A stretch of DNA of 64,000 nt from Octopus vulgaris (GCA_951406725.2 OX597815.1:29884001-29948000), one strand, 5' to 3'. Positions 40,953-54,844 are shown, counted from the stretch's first letter. Program-made: numbers and translations. The notes: generated by a model not told the origin, from the letters alone.

Positions 40953-42799
40953 GGATATATCTACATATATATATATGTGTGTGTATGTGTGTGTGTATGT
41001 GTGCATGAGTGTGTCTGTACATCGACCCATATTTATTTATATATTTATTATTAATATATTATTGATATATTAATACAGCGCATTAACATCATGAACGTGG
41101 TTGGATGAGGACGTTGTAAAGTCTTAATTGCAAAATTTTCAAATTCTAAGTGAAAAAGAAAATCTCTATGTTTTATACGAGCTCCCAACTGCAAAGACAT
41201 GAACGGAAGACATGGAGAGAAAAATGAACATAAGTTGTCAGCCGGAATCTGAAGTAACCGAATTTCAAGACCCATTGCATTGTAACTTTATAATACTAAC
41301 TTAATTGGATAGAGCACAAGTAACAACCAAGAAACCAACTAATAAATTAAGAAATAATTATACAAATAAAAGAAGAATCCAGGAAATCAGGCAACAGTCA
41401 AGTATTCGATTTTATTAACTATGCACGTTCACTGTCATCATTCGACAACAGCTGTTACTTTTCAAATTAATGCTTCCTTATGAGTCCGTTATAAATTGTA
41501 GAAAGCTGTTACTAGAAACATAATACTAACTTATTGTTTCTTTAATATGGAAGGCTTCACTGAATTATTTAATTTCTAAACACTTCTATTTTCCGACGCT
41601 GATAAATGTTCTAGCTAGTATCTTTAACCTAGTGATTCATTCATCATTGCTTCCGCAAGTATAGTTACGTTTGTGCTTAGCTGATGAAGTCAGAGCAAGA
41701 CCAAAACATTCGAAATTGTTAGACTACTATTGCTTTCTCGTTACCTAATATATATTTGCAGTAAAGGTTTTAAAACTATGTATGGGATATATTTATTTTA
41801 ACCCTTGTTTTACACGAATCTCGCACCTGAATTGTTAAACATCAACAACTGTACAACTGTGCATATTCGCACAATCGTAAAAAGCCATCTAGATTGGTGG
41901 TGCAATTTATTTTCAAGTATTTGCCAAGCAAGAATATGATCTGCAGAACGATTTAATATCACTGATTTCTATTTGTATGTATTTCTCCCGTCTTTATCTG
42001 CCTAGTTTTAATTTATTCTTTTGTATGAGTTATTATATACCTTCCTCGGGCTATCAGAGCTTATCAGCTTTATACGGACGTTTAAACTGATTACATAAAC
42101 AAATAGATTAGCGAGCAATTAATCTATCACTACTTGGTTATGTAGGCAATAAAATAAATCTGAACATAAGCAGAGATGTGTCTTATAGTTCCCAGTTAGA
42201 ATGAAAATTAATTAATCATTGATAAATAGTTTTTTCTTCGATACATATTTTTAATAAGCTTTTTTACGTTCTAAGCATTCAATATGTACTAAGGTAATAG
42301 AGAACGAGTGTCTTGGTTTCGAAAAAGATTGCATATTGAATCAAACATCATTTAATATAATAATAACGTGCTGTGGCATGCATCGAATTTTAGTTAATTG
42401 GATACTTATCAAAATGAGTTATAAGAAATCGAAATCAGGCCTCAGATGACGTCGTGTCAGAAGCTTTTGTTTCGCTTGGTATGGTACTAAAATCCGATCG
42501 TTTACAAAATGAAAGGAATTGAAAGTATGACCTTCATCGAATCTTCTTAAGGGAATTATTAGTATCTCAAGAGACGAGAACTTACGATGAGATTCGATAC
42601 ATTATATCTCAAGTCTACTCTCTCAGTGATAATACACATAACTGTCTTATTTGTGCTGAATACTGATTTCATTTTAACCTAAAGACCATATGTTTGTCGT
42701 AGTTGGTAGCTATCCATTATGCTAGAGAACTGAGTTCGAAGATCTCTGATATCGGTTATATAGACTGGAGAATATAAACAACGGTAAAGTACTGGAGTA

Positions 42800-43060
42800 G
42801 GCGCATTGGCATTAAAGTAAAGACCTCCTTTGGTCATGAATGACCATGGGATTGCACCTAGAAAGTTACCCTCCAAGGCACAAATCCAGGCAAGGTTGTT
42901 TATGGAAGACCAGCAATCACCCATGTATACCAGTCACCCCTATCCACGCCAATCTATCTAAGGGAAAGGCAAAGGCCAATACAGCTTGGCATCAATGACG
43001 ACGCAACTCATTTTTATAGCTGAGTGCATTGGCAAGAAAACACATTATTTAAATGCTTGG
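42800..43060 (-). mobile_element. Probable interspersed SINE-like repeat
   Basis: actcatttttatagctgagtg resembles the central motif of the SINE at 44940-45290; otherwise recalled only as an octopus-type repeat. Confidence 0.45.
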
Positions 43061-43264
43061 TGTGAAAATTACCCGGGAAGCATAGAGTCGAACAAGGTGC
43101 TTAAGATGGCATTTTCACTGCCTCACTGTTTGATATCACATTATGCCATCTTCGAAACAACCCCAGATATAAACACGACAATACTTTTACTCAATATAAA
43201 AAAGAAAATGGTGCTGTGTCTCCACACAATTTTTATTTAAAAAGTTATATAGAACAATCAGTAA

Positions 43265-43596
43265 CAATCAGTAGCAGTCGCAGTTACAACTACAACGACG
43301 CCGCCACCGCCGCCAAAACAGCAGCAGCAGCAGCAGCAGCAAACGACATCGACGACGGCAACAGCAGCACAGAATCAACATCAATGCCCTATTGAGGTTG
43401 TTAGACCAGCAATAATTCGCAGAAAAACCTCCCCTCCTCCTCCTCCACCACCACCACCACCACCACCACCACCACCACCACCAAAACCACCACCAAAACC
43501 ACCACCACCACCACAACTACCACCATTTTCACCAGCACCACCACCAGCACCACCACCACCAGCAGCAGCACCACCACCACCACCACCAGCACCACC

Positions 43597-43657
<61 letters not shown>

Positions 43658-43855
43658 CCACCAAAACCACCACCATCACCACTACCACCACTTCCACCAC
43701 CACCACCACAGCCACAACGACGACGACGACGACGACCACCACCACCACCACCACCACCCTCCTCCTTCTCCTCCTTCTACTCCACCCCTCCCCCTCCGCC
43801 CCTTCTCCTTCTCCCCCTCCCCCTCCTCCTCCTCCTCCTCCTCATCATCATCATC
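43265..43855. repeat. (CAG)/(ACC)/(CCT)n trinucleotide array
   Basis: Direct reading. Confidence 0.95.
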
Positions 43856-44490
43856 TGCAATCACTAACCCTTGGGGTGTGAGCGACTCGTCCGACAGTTA
43901 TCCGATCATTCTCCTCATCAGCTGCCCTCATGAATTGTTCCATCTTCAATCATCTTATCCCTACTACAATGCTATCAATGCAGCTTTTTCCAGTTCTTCG
44001 CCTTGGCTCCTTTTCAAGGGCCTTTACAGCGATCAACAATTTTGGCAGACCAACTGCCCTTATGACAAACTCCAAATATATAAAGTTTCTGTTTGTTCAG
44101 TTCATTTACTTGATTTAAGTTTGGTTCACCGAGTTTAAATTTATCTTATTTATCCTATTATCGTATAGATTTATCTGATGTTCTGTCCAGCTAATTTTTA
44201 GATTTCTTCTATAACATCAAATTGGGAAAAGCTAATTTTTTCCGCTAGCTTGTTTTTAAGTGTCCAGCATTCAGATCCATATGTTGCTATTGGAAATATC
44301 AAAGTGTGCTGCAATTTCAGCTTCTCTTTTTTTTATCTATTGATTGATTTTTTTTACCAAATGCTGTTCAAAGAGATAACAACAGATTTTGCTTTTCCAA
44401 TTCTTCTTTTTATCTCTGCTGTCATCACATTGATTTATAGTATTACTTCAAAGATAGTAAAATTCACACAGTACTTTGACAATCAATTTG
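43856..44490 (-). mobile_element. RTE-type LINE 3' fragment
   Basis: Minus strand KLKLQHTLIFPIATYGSECWTLK; ends in (GAT)n. Confidence 0.78.
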
Positions 44491-44939
44491 CGTCTTCGTG
44501 TCCGAAATCCAATTACACTATATCGTCTTAGAAAGTGAAATATCCAACCTTGGAAATAACATACCACGAATAAAAGTGATAGTCACGGGTAAAATACCAC
44601 AAATAAAAGAGATAGTGAAGGAGGAAGTAAAGAACGTCGAAAGAAAATCACTAACTCAACACGCAGATTGTCGCCAAAAGTGAAAATATTTCGATGGCGA
44701 TGGACTTGTTCAAAACGTCGGGAAACTGGAGAAAACAGGTATAAAATTTACCCATGCATACAAACGAGCAAAACAGGTCGAAACCTCAGCTAAACATGCT
44801 TGAATCAGAAAGAAAAGTAAGCTTTAAAGAAAGACACCGGGTTTAGTACCAGCAATTTCCTTTTTTATATAGGCATATCCATCTCCAATAACGATCTTGC
44901 CCCACATAGAACGAAGCTGAGAACCACAAAGCGGTCAAT

Positions 44940-45290
44940 ATATCAAAACCTCTACTGGCAATCTGTCAGTTACAACGATGAGGGTTCCAATTGATCCGTT
45001 CAATAAAACACCCTGCTCATGAAATTAACACGCAAGTGACTGAGTACTCCACAGACACAAGTACCGTTAACGTATTTCTAAGGGAGATTCAGTGCGACAC
45101 AAAATGTGACAAGGCTAACCTTTTAAAATACAGGTCCTACTCATTTTTGCCAGCTGGAAAAACGTGGAGGAAGTGGAGAAACGTGCAATAAAGTGTCTTG
45201 CTCAAGGACACGACGTTCTGCGGAGTATTGAACTCACAACCTTACGATTGTAAGCCAAATACACTAACCACTAAACCATGCGCCTCCACA
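44940..45290 (-). mobile_element. tRNA-derived SINE (same body as the inner element 34938-35265)
   Basis: Reverse complement of gtgtctgtggagt.ctcag.cactt..aatttca.gagcagg..ggatcaa..ggaaccctcatcgt; tRNA-like head at right end. Confidence 0.85.
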
Positions 45291-45299
45291 AAACCAAGA

Positions 45300-45825
45300 C
45301 ACAGAAAACACAGAATACAAAAGCAACGACAGAGATGCTGACTATAATCACACAACTCCCAAAAGTTGAGTATACTGCAAAAGAACTCTTATTAAAGCTT
45401 CAGGAAATTTAATCTTTTGATAAAAGAAGCCTGAACTAATGGTAAACGTAAAATCAATCACCCAGCGAGCGTAAAGCTATCACAAACGACATTCAAACTC
45501 TCACATGGTTAAAGAGGACATTAAACGACCACACAATTCCCAAAATTCACATACATACAAAAGAAAATTCTACCATAAAATATCCTCAACACCTCTATAA
45601 TAGTCGTAGTTCGAAAGACAATCTAAGACGTAAAAAGTGCTCAAACAATCTAGGCTCACTTCTCGCTATCAAGTTTGATTCAAAACAATATATTTAATCC
45701 ATTGCAGATTATGCTAGTCCTGTGTGGGTTCACAATAGTTTCTCAAAAACCAACAAAAACTACAAAGCAAAATAACTCATTTCACATCGTAATAGGCCGC
45801 ATAAAAACCACGCTATCGAATACTC
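45300..45825 (+). mobile_element. Possible old LINE RT C-terminal remnant
   Basis: KQYI*SIADYASPVW resembles the IRP.L.YASPVW motif; weak. Confidence 0.35.
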
Positions 45826-46202
45826 ATTTACTCTTTTACTTCTTTCAGTCATATGACTGCGGCCATGCTGGAGCACCGCCTTTAGTCGAGCAAATCGACC
45901 CCGGGACTTATTCTTTGGAAGCCTAGTACTTATTCTATCGTCTCTTTTGCTGAACCGCTAAGTGACGGGGACGTAAACACACCAACATTGGTTGTCAAGC
46001 GATGTTGCTGTGGGGACAAACACAGACAAGCAAACATAGACACGCACATACACACACACGCACACACACACACATATATATATATACATATATACGACGG
46101 GCTATAGTAGAAGACACTTGCCCAAAGTGCCACGCTGTCGGAATGAACCTAGAACCATGTGGCTGGTAAGCAAGCTACTTACCACACAACCACTCCTGCG
46201 CC
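45826..46202 (-). mobile_element. SINE family A with internal deletion
   Basis: Homologous to 39076-39478; about 50 bp missing after gacggg. Confidence 0.9.
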
Positions 46203-46489
46203 TATTCATGAATTATGAAAGAATACACCCAAAATCAGCACAGACTAGCTCTAATCAAAATGGCACCTGTCTCTCCTTCAACTGCAGACATATATGCAAA
46301 CAATTTAGAGAACCATTACAACATAGACCTAAGAGCAATGATCCTCCACTCAAAAATCGCAACCATGACTGCAGTAAAAACTCACTAGTCCCTAATATAT
46401 TGTGAGGTGTACAACAGCACACCTGAAGTTACATTCATAAAAATCAAGCAAACTGAAGAAAAATACATATACAGGCTACTACTACCCTC

Positions 46490-46872
46490 TCTCTTTTATT
46501 CTTTTACTTGTTTCAGTCATTTGACTGCGGCCATGCTGGAGCACCGCCTTTAGTCGAGCAAATCGACCCCAGGACTTATTCTTTGTAAGCCTGGTACTTA
46601 TTCAATCGGTCTCTTTTGCCGAACCGCTAAGTTACGGAGGACATAAACACACCAGCATCGGTTGTCAAGCAATGCTAGGGGGACAAACACAGACACACAC
46701 ACACACATATATTTGACAGGCTTCTTTCAGTTTCCGTCTACCAAATCCACTCACAAGGCTTTGGTCAGCCCGAGGCAATAGTAGAAGACACTTGCCCAAG
46801 ATGCCACGCAGTGGGACTGAACCCGGAACAAATGTGGTTGGTAAGCAAGTTACTTACCACACAGCCACTTCT
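46490..46872 (-). mobile_element. SINE family A
   Basis: Homologous to 39076-39478. Confidence 0.92.
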
Positions 46873-47704
46873 GCTATACTGTATTTATACAATAACCAAC
46901 TAAATATGTACTGCGGGCTTTAACACGTCGGTTCCATGCTTATGACTGAACCTGTTGGTTGTGCTACATACCATAGTGGAGAGCACACAACGTCTAAATC
47001 AAAGAACACAAGCAACGAAAATGAAGAAGTGACGGAATCTCTACAAAGTCATCTGGGTTCCGAGAAGTAGCAACCAAATCTCAAATCACACGTTTACTTC
47101 ATAAAATGGCATGTTGAGGAAATGTGGTCTGATAATAAAAAGATGTCTGAATAGACGAAATGGGCGTGACTATAATGCTTTCGATTGTAGCTTTCCTCCC
47201 CTGAGCTGACCTGGAGTTAAACAACAACAGCATCAACAAATACAACAACAACAAAAACAACAACAACAACAACAGCAGCAGCAGTAGCAAAAATGACAAC
47301 GACAGCGACAATTACGACACCAGAAACGACAATGACGACTACCTACTTTTTTTTTCTTCTTTTTATCGATTATATCAAATTCATGAAATGAGAATTTAAC
47401 TGTAAACACGATTTAGCACGAAAGAGACGTTATAAATATCTTCCTTCATGCTATTCAATGTACGATATCTTTATATAGATACTAACTACCATCCAAAACC
47501 AGTGACGTTTTTCTACTTTTCTATTTCTTCATTTCTTTATTCGTATATTTATTTAGCTCTTTGCTGCAATATGTCAATTGTATTTAAGAAAACGCAAAAT
47601 ACGTACGAAATGCATATATTTTGGCTGCTATATGACACGAGAAGTGTTTTTTTTTTCTTTATTGTTGATCATATGAAAGATGCTAAATATATAGCACAAA
47701 ACAG

Positions 47705-47786
47705 TGATGCTACTACTACTAATACTACTACAACTACTACTACTACCACTACTACTAAGACCACCACCACCACCACCACCACCACC

Positions 47787-47853
<67 letters not shown>

Positions 47854-47955
47854 ATGATGATGATGCTGTGGCTACTACCACTACTACTACTGCTGCTGCT
47901 GCGGCTTCTACCACTACTACAACTGCTGCTGCTGCGGCTTCAATTGCTGCTGTGG

Positions 47956-48011
<56 letters not shown>

Positions 48012-48035
48012 GCTGCTGCTGCTGCTACTGCTGCT
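47705..48035. repeat. (ACT)/(ACC)/(GCT)n array
   Basis: Direct reading. Confidence 0.95.
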
Positions 48036-48243
48036 ATTGTCACTGTTGCTAATGTAATGGCTTCTTACTTTGCAACAGGGCCATACCTCGCAAGGTGGGC
48101 TGCGTGTGCAGAAGATTGTCACTAATCTTATTGACCTCATAGAGAGATGAAAGTTAAAATTATTGTTTCTCTTGTTTGCTATTGTTTATCATGTTAGCTG
48201 TAATTAAGCAGGTCTATGATCAAAAGTAATCCTATCATGGCAG

Positions 48244-48268
48244 AATAATAATAATAATAATAATAATG

Positions 48269-48356
<88 letters not shown>
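48244..48356. repeat. (AAT)n microsatellite
   Basis: Direct reading. Confidence 0.97.
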
Positions 48357-48357
<1 letters not shown>

Positions 48358-48369
48358 CCTCCAAGAAAT

Positions 48370-48923
48370 GCCTTGATGCAGTACCAGGCAGTGGCTCTCG
48401 TGGCTTCTCATCTTAACTGATTGGAAGTGTTATCATGTACATTGTTTTGTCTTGATATAAAAGATGGGCTACAGCAAATATTCTGCTCAATACCACAGAT
48501 TTGCTTGTCAGTTGGTTGACCGTAACCAGTTGAGCATGACCCTTAGTGACTGACGATATGTGCATCTCTGATCACGAGCAGAAGTAGTGGGGAAACATCA
48601 TAGCCGTGTGTTGAGAGGGATTCTTTGGGGTTTGTATAATTCACCTCTGAAAACATGGGTGTTTCGTTCAACATCCTTAAACAAACCTCATTCAGGGAGC
48701 TTTTGAGCGGGATGGGCTACTCGACCAGAAGAAAATTCTAACTGGGCCCCACTTGCAGGGTCATGCGCTGTTTATCTTGATATGAGATCACCATGTCGTG
48801 CACATACGGTTGTGATGCATGTGCCTAGTGTACCCTTATCAGACAGGTAGTCATGATTGGTCTACTGGGCTTCATATATTTTATCCCAATGTCACTTTGA
48901 TGACATGCACTGCTCTATCACTC
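48370..48923 (+). mobile_element. Non-coding interspersed repeat 'family B' (~550 bp) between (AAT)n tracts
   Basis: Second copy at 17985-18312; ends ..ctatcactc(aat)n; orientation inferred. Confidence 0.8.
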
Positions 48924-48987
48924 AATAATAATAACAACAACAACAACAACAATAATAAAAATAATTATAATAATGATGATGATGATG

Positions 48988-49057
<70 letters not shown>

Positions 49058-49058
<1 letters not shown>

Positions 49059-49678
49059 TGGCTAATAAGTCGGCATTACAATATCAAAACTGCCGACAAG
49101 TGGTATAATCACCACCCTGAAGCTGTAACTGAAGGAGAAAATGTAACAATTCTGTTAGACTTTCCAGTACATACAGACCGAACCATCAAAGCCAATAAAC
49201 CGGATATTGTTGTGAAAGACCAAAACAATAAAGTTTGCTTATTGATCGACATGAGCATCCCCTGTTATCATAATATATCGGCGAAAGAGTTTGACAAGCT
49301 CAGAAAATATAAAGACCTGCTCATTGAAATTGAGAAAATGTGGCATCTCAAGGCGGTTACAATACCAGTGATCGTAGGAGCACTAGGAATGATCAAGAAG
49401 GGAACCGAAAATTATATGAGAATGATCCCTGGCTTACCATCCCTGCAAGAAGTGCAAAAGATTGTCTTAACTTGTACATCACACGTATTGAGAAGAGCAT
49501 TGTCGATGTGAGAACTATTACTACCCATGTATTTTAATTTAACTTAAAAAAAAAATGAACGAACTAGTGAGTTTAGTTTAATGGCCTACCAATGTATACT
49601 ATGAGTTTCTTTGCCCTAGGAGTCGGGAAGACACTGCAAGAAATGGAAGAAAATTTGAAAGAAGAAGAAAAAAAAGAT
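49058..49678 (+). mobile_element. 5'-truncated R4/Dong-clade LINE (restriction-like endonuclease) in (AAT)n
   Basis: Open frame ..ANKPDIVV..CLLIDMSIP..KEFDKLRKYKDL..IPVIVGALG..QKIVL to a stop at 49511; (AAT)n on both sides, consistent with the known (TAA)n preference of Dong. Confidence 0.9.
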
Positions 49679-49879
49679 AATAATAATAATAAGAAGAAGA
49701 ATTCCAATCATGATAGTTAAGTGGTTTTGTCATTTTGTCAGGAAGACTGGGTGTAATTAGATGGTTATATGGCAGCTATTTCTGGAGGCTCGGGTAAGTG
49801 CATGTGAGGTACAATTGGTTTGTGTTGTAATACAGAATCTAGGTATCTGAAACTAAAACACTGGTGATCAGCAATAACA

Positions 49880-50157
49880 ACTAAACTACTACTACTACTA
49901 CTACTACAACTACTACTACTGCTGCTGCTACTGCTGCTGCTGCCACTACTACTACTACTACAACTACTACTGCTGCTGCTGCTGCTTCTGCTACTACTAC
50001 TACTGCTACTTGTTTGCATGTGTCATTATATCATCGCCGCCACCGCCGCTACCCTACCCCCACCAACACGACGACGACGACCACCATCACTACCACCACT
50101 ACCACCACCACCACCACCACCACCACCACCACCACCACCACCACCACCACCACCACC

Positions 50158-50208
<51 letters not shown>

Positions 50209-50210
50209 GA
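49880..50210. repeat. (ACT)/(GCT)/(ACC)n arrays
   Basis: Direct reading. Confidence 0.95.
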
Positions 50211-50294
50211 TTCCTTAGTCTGGCAGCAGGCAACTCAGACACATTTTTATTGTTTATTTGTTTTGATATTTGGGCTACGAGCAAATTGATCCGA

Positions 50295-50482
50295 CTACTC
50301 ATTCTTTTAAGTGTGGCATTTATTCTAAGTTACAGGGACACACAGACACACACACATATACGACGAGCTTCCATACAGCTTCCGTTAACGAAACATTTAC
50401 GGTCCTCAGTCTATAGCAGAACACTCTGGCTTGCCCAGGGTGTTACGCAGTGGATCTCAACCCAACACTAAGTGGTTCCAAA
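50295..50482 (-). mobile_element. Heavily decayed SINE family A
   Basis: ctaagttacagggac..cgacgagcttcc..ctatagcagaa..ttgcccagggtgttacgcagtgg. Confidence 0.6.
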
Positions 50483-50504
50483 GCGAACTTTATACCCACA
50501 CAAC

Positions 50505-50815
50505 TATTTTATTTTATCTAGTTTCAGCTCACGAGATGTGGCCATGCTGGGGCACCGCCATTCGGTGTTGCTACATGATTTTACTTCACGAATGCTTTTT
50601 AGCAATTGACATTTGGTGCATGAGAGAGTTTGATGCAGCTGCCCTCATCTGTACCTCCTGCCGTGAAGTTGATTCATCCGGGACAACTATGTGTAATAAG
50701 TTTTTTAAAGTTCATTAAGCATCGGGGCAGGGGAAAAGTCCATGTCTTTCACATGAAATTTCCTCACGACAATTTTTGTTGTTCAGTTTCAACATCTGCA
50801 GCTTTGATGTCAGCG
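50505..50815 (-). mobile_element. LINE 3' fragment (CR1/L2-group-like) whose tail resembles SINE family A
   Basis: Minus strand VPDESTSRQEVQMRAAASNSL, then ggcggtgccccagcatggccaca..gctgaaactagataaaa. Confidence 0.65.
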
Positions 50816-51255
50816 TAAAAGAAAAAAAAAAACGTCTTGAAGTAAAATGATGGATAAAATGTCGAAAACTAGAATCTGGAATTGAAGCAGCGATGATGAC
50901 AAGAGGAGGAGATACAGCAATGCTGTATAGCTCCGAGAAGAAGAGGTAAGCAACATCCAGGAACTATTTTAGAATCAATGGTAGATGGGGAAGTGAATTA
51001 CTGACTAGCATGTTGCTGACGGAAATCCATGCCAATCATTTGGTTGGTTTCTTTAGAAGGCAGTTTAGTATGTTTCTATATGTATTTGTAATAGCGTCAG
51101 AATTTAGATGTCATTTGAATTTTATAGAGATCAAATCCAGCATATAATTATCTATATTGATGGAACAAGAGGAAAAATCCCGACTCTGGCATGATTGTAA
51201 CTTAGAAAAAATATATATTACACAGTTCTTGATAAAATTATAACTAACTCATTAT

Positions 51256-51638
51256 ACTCTTTGCTCTTACTATTTTACTTGTTTCAGTCATTTGACTGCG
51301 GCCATGCTGGAGCACCTTTAGTAGAGCAAATCGACTCCAGGACTTATTCTTTGTAAGCCTGGTACTTAGTCTATCGGTCTCTTTTGCCGAACCACTAAGT
51401 GACGGGGCCGTAAACACACCAGCATCGGTTGTCAAGTGATGTTGGGGGGACAAACGCAGACACACAAACATATACACACACACATCCTTCAGTTTCCATC
51501 TACCAAATCCACTCACAAGGCTTTGGTTGGCCCGAAGCTATAGTAGAAGACACTTGCCCAAGGTGTCACACAGTGGGACTGAATTCGGAACCATGTGATT
51601 CGTAAGCAAGCTTCTTACCACGCAGCTACTCCTGCGCC
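51256..51638 (-). mobile_element. SINE family A
   Basis: Homologous to 39076-39478. Confidence 0.92.
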
Positions 51639-52471
51639 TATATAAATGAATTTAATATAACTTACATAGACAGAACGTTACGTTATAGAACTGAACTCCG
51701 GTATGTTTACTGGTACGTATTATTTGTTTTGCCATTAAAACTTATTCGTTTTAGGTTCTTTTCGTATCTTTTGGGAAACCCACAAAGCAAATATTCCTGA
51801 TACAAATATTTAGCTGTTGTTTTAAGTAATTAGCTTCTAAAATCTATTACACAAGATATTAATCGTCTTTTGAACGACTTGATACAAACATATATATGTA
51901 ATATAACTTTCCTTTGGGAAGAATTCATCACTCTTTCGGTTAATAATGATACGTTTGAAATACGGGCAAATGACATATAATCGGCCTTGCGTAACAATTA
52001 TAGTCAAATAATAATAAAAAATAATAAACAAACATCAAAAGACTTGAAACCATTCTTTTGTAATCAACTGACGTCTGTATCAGATCTGATGCAACGCAAC
52101 AACGGTCATAATAAATCTCAAACGTTATACAACGGTATTACTCTGCCCAAATAAAATTTATTTTGTCAGAGTAGTATATAATAGTTTATCGAATCAACAT
52201 GAAAACTGTTGACAATAGCGGGATATTAAAGCAGAAGCAGCAACGTTTACCCAAGAGATTTAAATGCCATATTGTGTTGGAAATTTTGCTAACACTGAGA
52301 TCAAGCGGTGCCTTTGATTTTAATATATATTTTCTAAACTTGAGTAAAGGGGGACGGAAGAGGCACAAGTGTTAGAGTATTTGACTGACAGCTCTATAGT
52401 ATTTATTCCTATTTTGAGTTTAATTTCATCAAGGATGACTATAACTTTCGACTCTTCAGAGTCAGTTAAAT

Positions 52472-52777
52472 ACTCTCTTTTCTCTCTTTTACTTGTTTCA
52501 GTCATAATAATAATAAACCTCCAAGAAATGCCTTGATGTGTAATAAGTTTTTTAAAGTTCATTAAGCATCGGGGCAGGGGAAAAGTCCATGTCTTTCACA
52601 TAAAATTTCCTGGAGCACCGCCTTTAGTCGAGCAAATCGATCCTGGGACTTATTCTTTGTAAGCCCAGTACTTATTCTATCGGTCTCTTTTGCCGAACCG
52701 CTGAGTGACGGGGACATAAACACACCAGCATCGGTTGTCAAGCAATGCTAGGGGAACAAACACAGACATACAAAAAC

Positions 52778-52808
<31 letters not shown>

Positions 52809-52980
52809 CATATATACGACAGGCTTCTTTCAGTTTCCGTCAACCAAATCCACCCACAAGGCTTTGGTCGGCCCAGGAGCTATAGCAGAAGACACTTGCC
52901 CAAGATGCCACGCAGTGGGACTGACCCCGGAACCATGTGGTTGGTTAGCAAGCTACTTACCACACAGCCACTCCTGCGCC
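52472..52980 (-). mobile_element. SINE family A with a templated insertion at 52504-52611
   Basis: Homologous to 39076-39478 except for the insert. Confidence 0.92.
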
Positions 52981-54800
52981 TATATATATACACTTATAAA
53001 AAAAATATAGGATAATGTAATTGTTCGTTCCTTTACCATACAACTATATATCCTTGCATAAATGAAATAAATCCATATTATTTTCAAAGATTAGAAACGC
53101 TGTTCGTAAATTACGGGGGAAAGTATTTCTTTAGTCGGTTTAAAATTAAATTGCTGAAACCCATATTGATGGCGACCAAGGAGCAAATAATGCATGTAGC
53201 AACGAAAGAATGATAAGACTAATTTAATGTAAATATGATTGGCATAAACTTGTAAGATCAAAAGAATTTAGATTTTTTAAAAAACAAATTTTATAATTAA
53301 TTGGATGACTCTTGCATAAAATCCTGATTTCTAGTAGATAACCCAAAGATGTAGAAGCAATGATAGGCATATCGAGCGAGCGATAAGATGCCAGATCGAT
53401 ACAACATCCGAAATGATTGGTTAAAGTATAAATTTTAAATACTCTTCACTTAAAGCAACAATCCAAATTCGACGTAATACGATTTAATTCTAGTCAGTTA
53501 TCCTAATCCAACGGTCTTTCGAGTTTTACTAAGTTACTTAACGGGCAAATAAAATATGTAGATGCATACATATAGTAATTATCATGAACGAGGAGACATT
53601 ATTTATTTTTTTAACAATACTTTTCAATTCTTACTTGAGTCAATCCAAATCTATCTATTTCTAGACGGCAATAGATAATTAATTTTCCATGAATTGTACT
53701 TAACCATTGCAAAGTAGATATAGGAGTGTAATAGACCAAATCTTACAAATAATTTTTAAGAATTCCAGTATGACTATGACAAATACTACAGATCAAAATC
53801 ATATAATGTACTTGGGTTCAAAATGATGTTTTCGAAGTATTTTCGAGCTTCCATATTCTTTCTGCTGTCTGCTTACATAAACATTTTGTAGTCTAGTAAG
53901 CTGTTTCTTACCGACCAAACCTTTCGCACCTGCTATTTGTGTCTACTTGATAACATGTTATTTGCATCTGCTTAGATCAACTATTGTTTAGTCAATTTTT
54001 TTTTAAAAAAGAGAATCAGTTTGTGAATATGATGCTAATTCTAATTTTGATATGTCTAATGAATCAATAATGTGAAAAGAAATTTGTTTTGAATTACTCA
54101 AGTGTCATGTGCTGATATAATTATAGAAACGCGAAATCAATCATTTCCAGTTTAACAGCTAGAATATGGTAACTAAATTACTTCAGTTAAAATGAATTTA
54201 TTGGTAACCATTTAATAAAAAAGAAGCATCGAAAGAAATTATGTCACTGACTGCAGTTATGTTTATTATGCATAACGGTTGATTCATAGTTGACTTTTTG
54301 ATATTTTGGGAAGCAAAACATCCAATAGAGCTAAACTCTGCCTTCAGTGAACTGATTTGAGAATAAAAGAGAGCTTTGGAAATGTGCTGAGAATCTCTCA
54401 AATTCCAGTGACTATATTTACATTTTGAATCTTAATTCTTCATTCACAGATTCAGTCCTTTGTTTCAACTCGAAATTTAATTCCATTGGTGTTGGGTATT
54501 CCTACTTGTTATTAACAGGTATTAATTGCTAACAAGAGGATTTAGGATTTAGTGTTTGAAGCAATTATATTTAGTAATCCTATTGAGTGCTTCGAGCGAC
54601 CGTCTACTTCAAGAGGTTAAATTATTCACAATAAGGTTTAGAATTAGCGTTAGTCTTATCACCTGTTATTAACAGCCATGAAAAGGAAGAGTTGAACTAA
54701 TTTACAACTACAGTTAGAATTAATGTATGCAGCGCTATCAGCAGTCATAAACTTGAAAGAGTTAATTCACTAACAATACGGAATAATTTTATTATTATTA

Positions 54801-54844
<44 letters not shown>

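Noticed and set aside
47448-48125. 225-aa Thr/Ala-rich ORF (mucin- or antifreeze-like)
   Set aside because: Pure trinucleotide repeats, open in several frames and on both strands.
48819-49511. 230-aa ORF as a gene
   Set aside because: Chance fusion of family B end, (AAT)n and the Dong endonuclease fragment.
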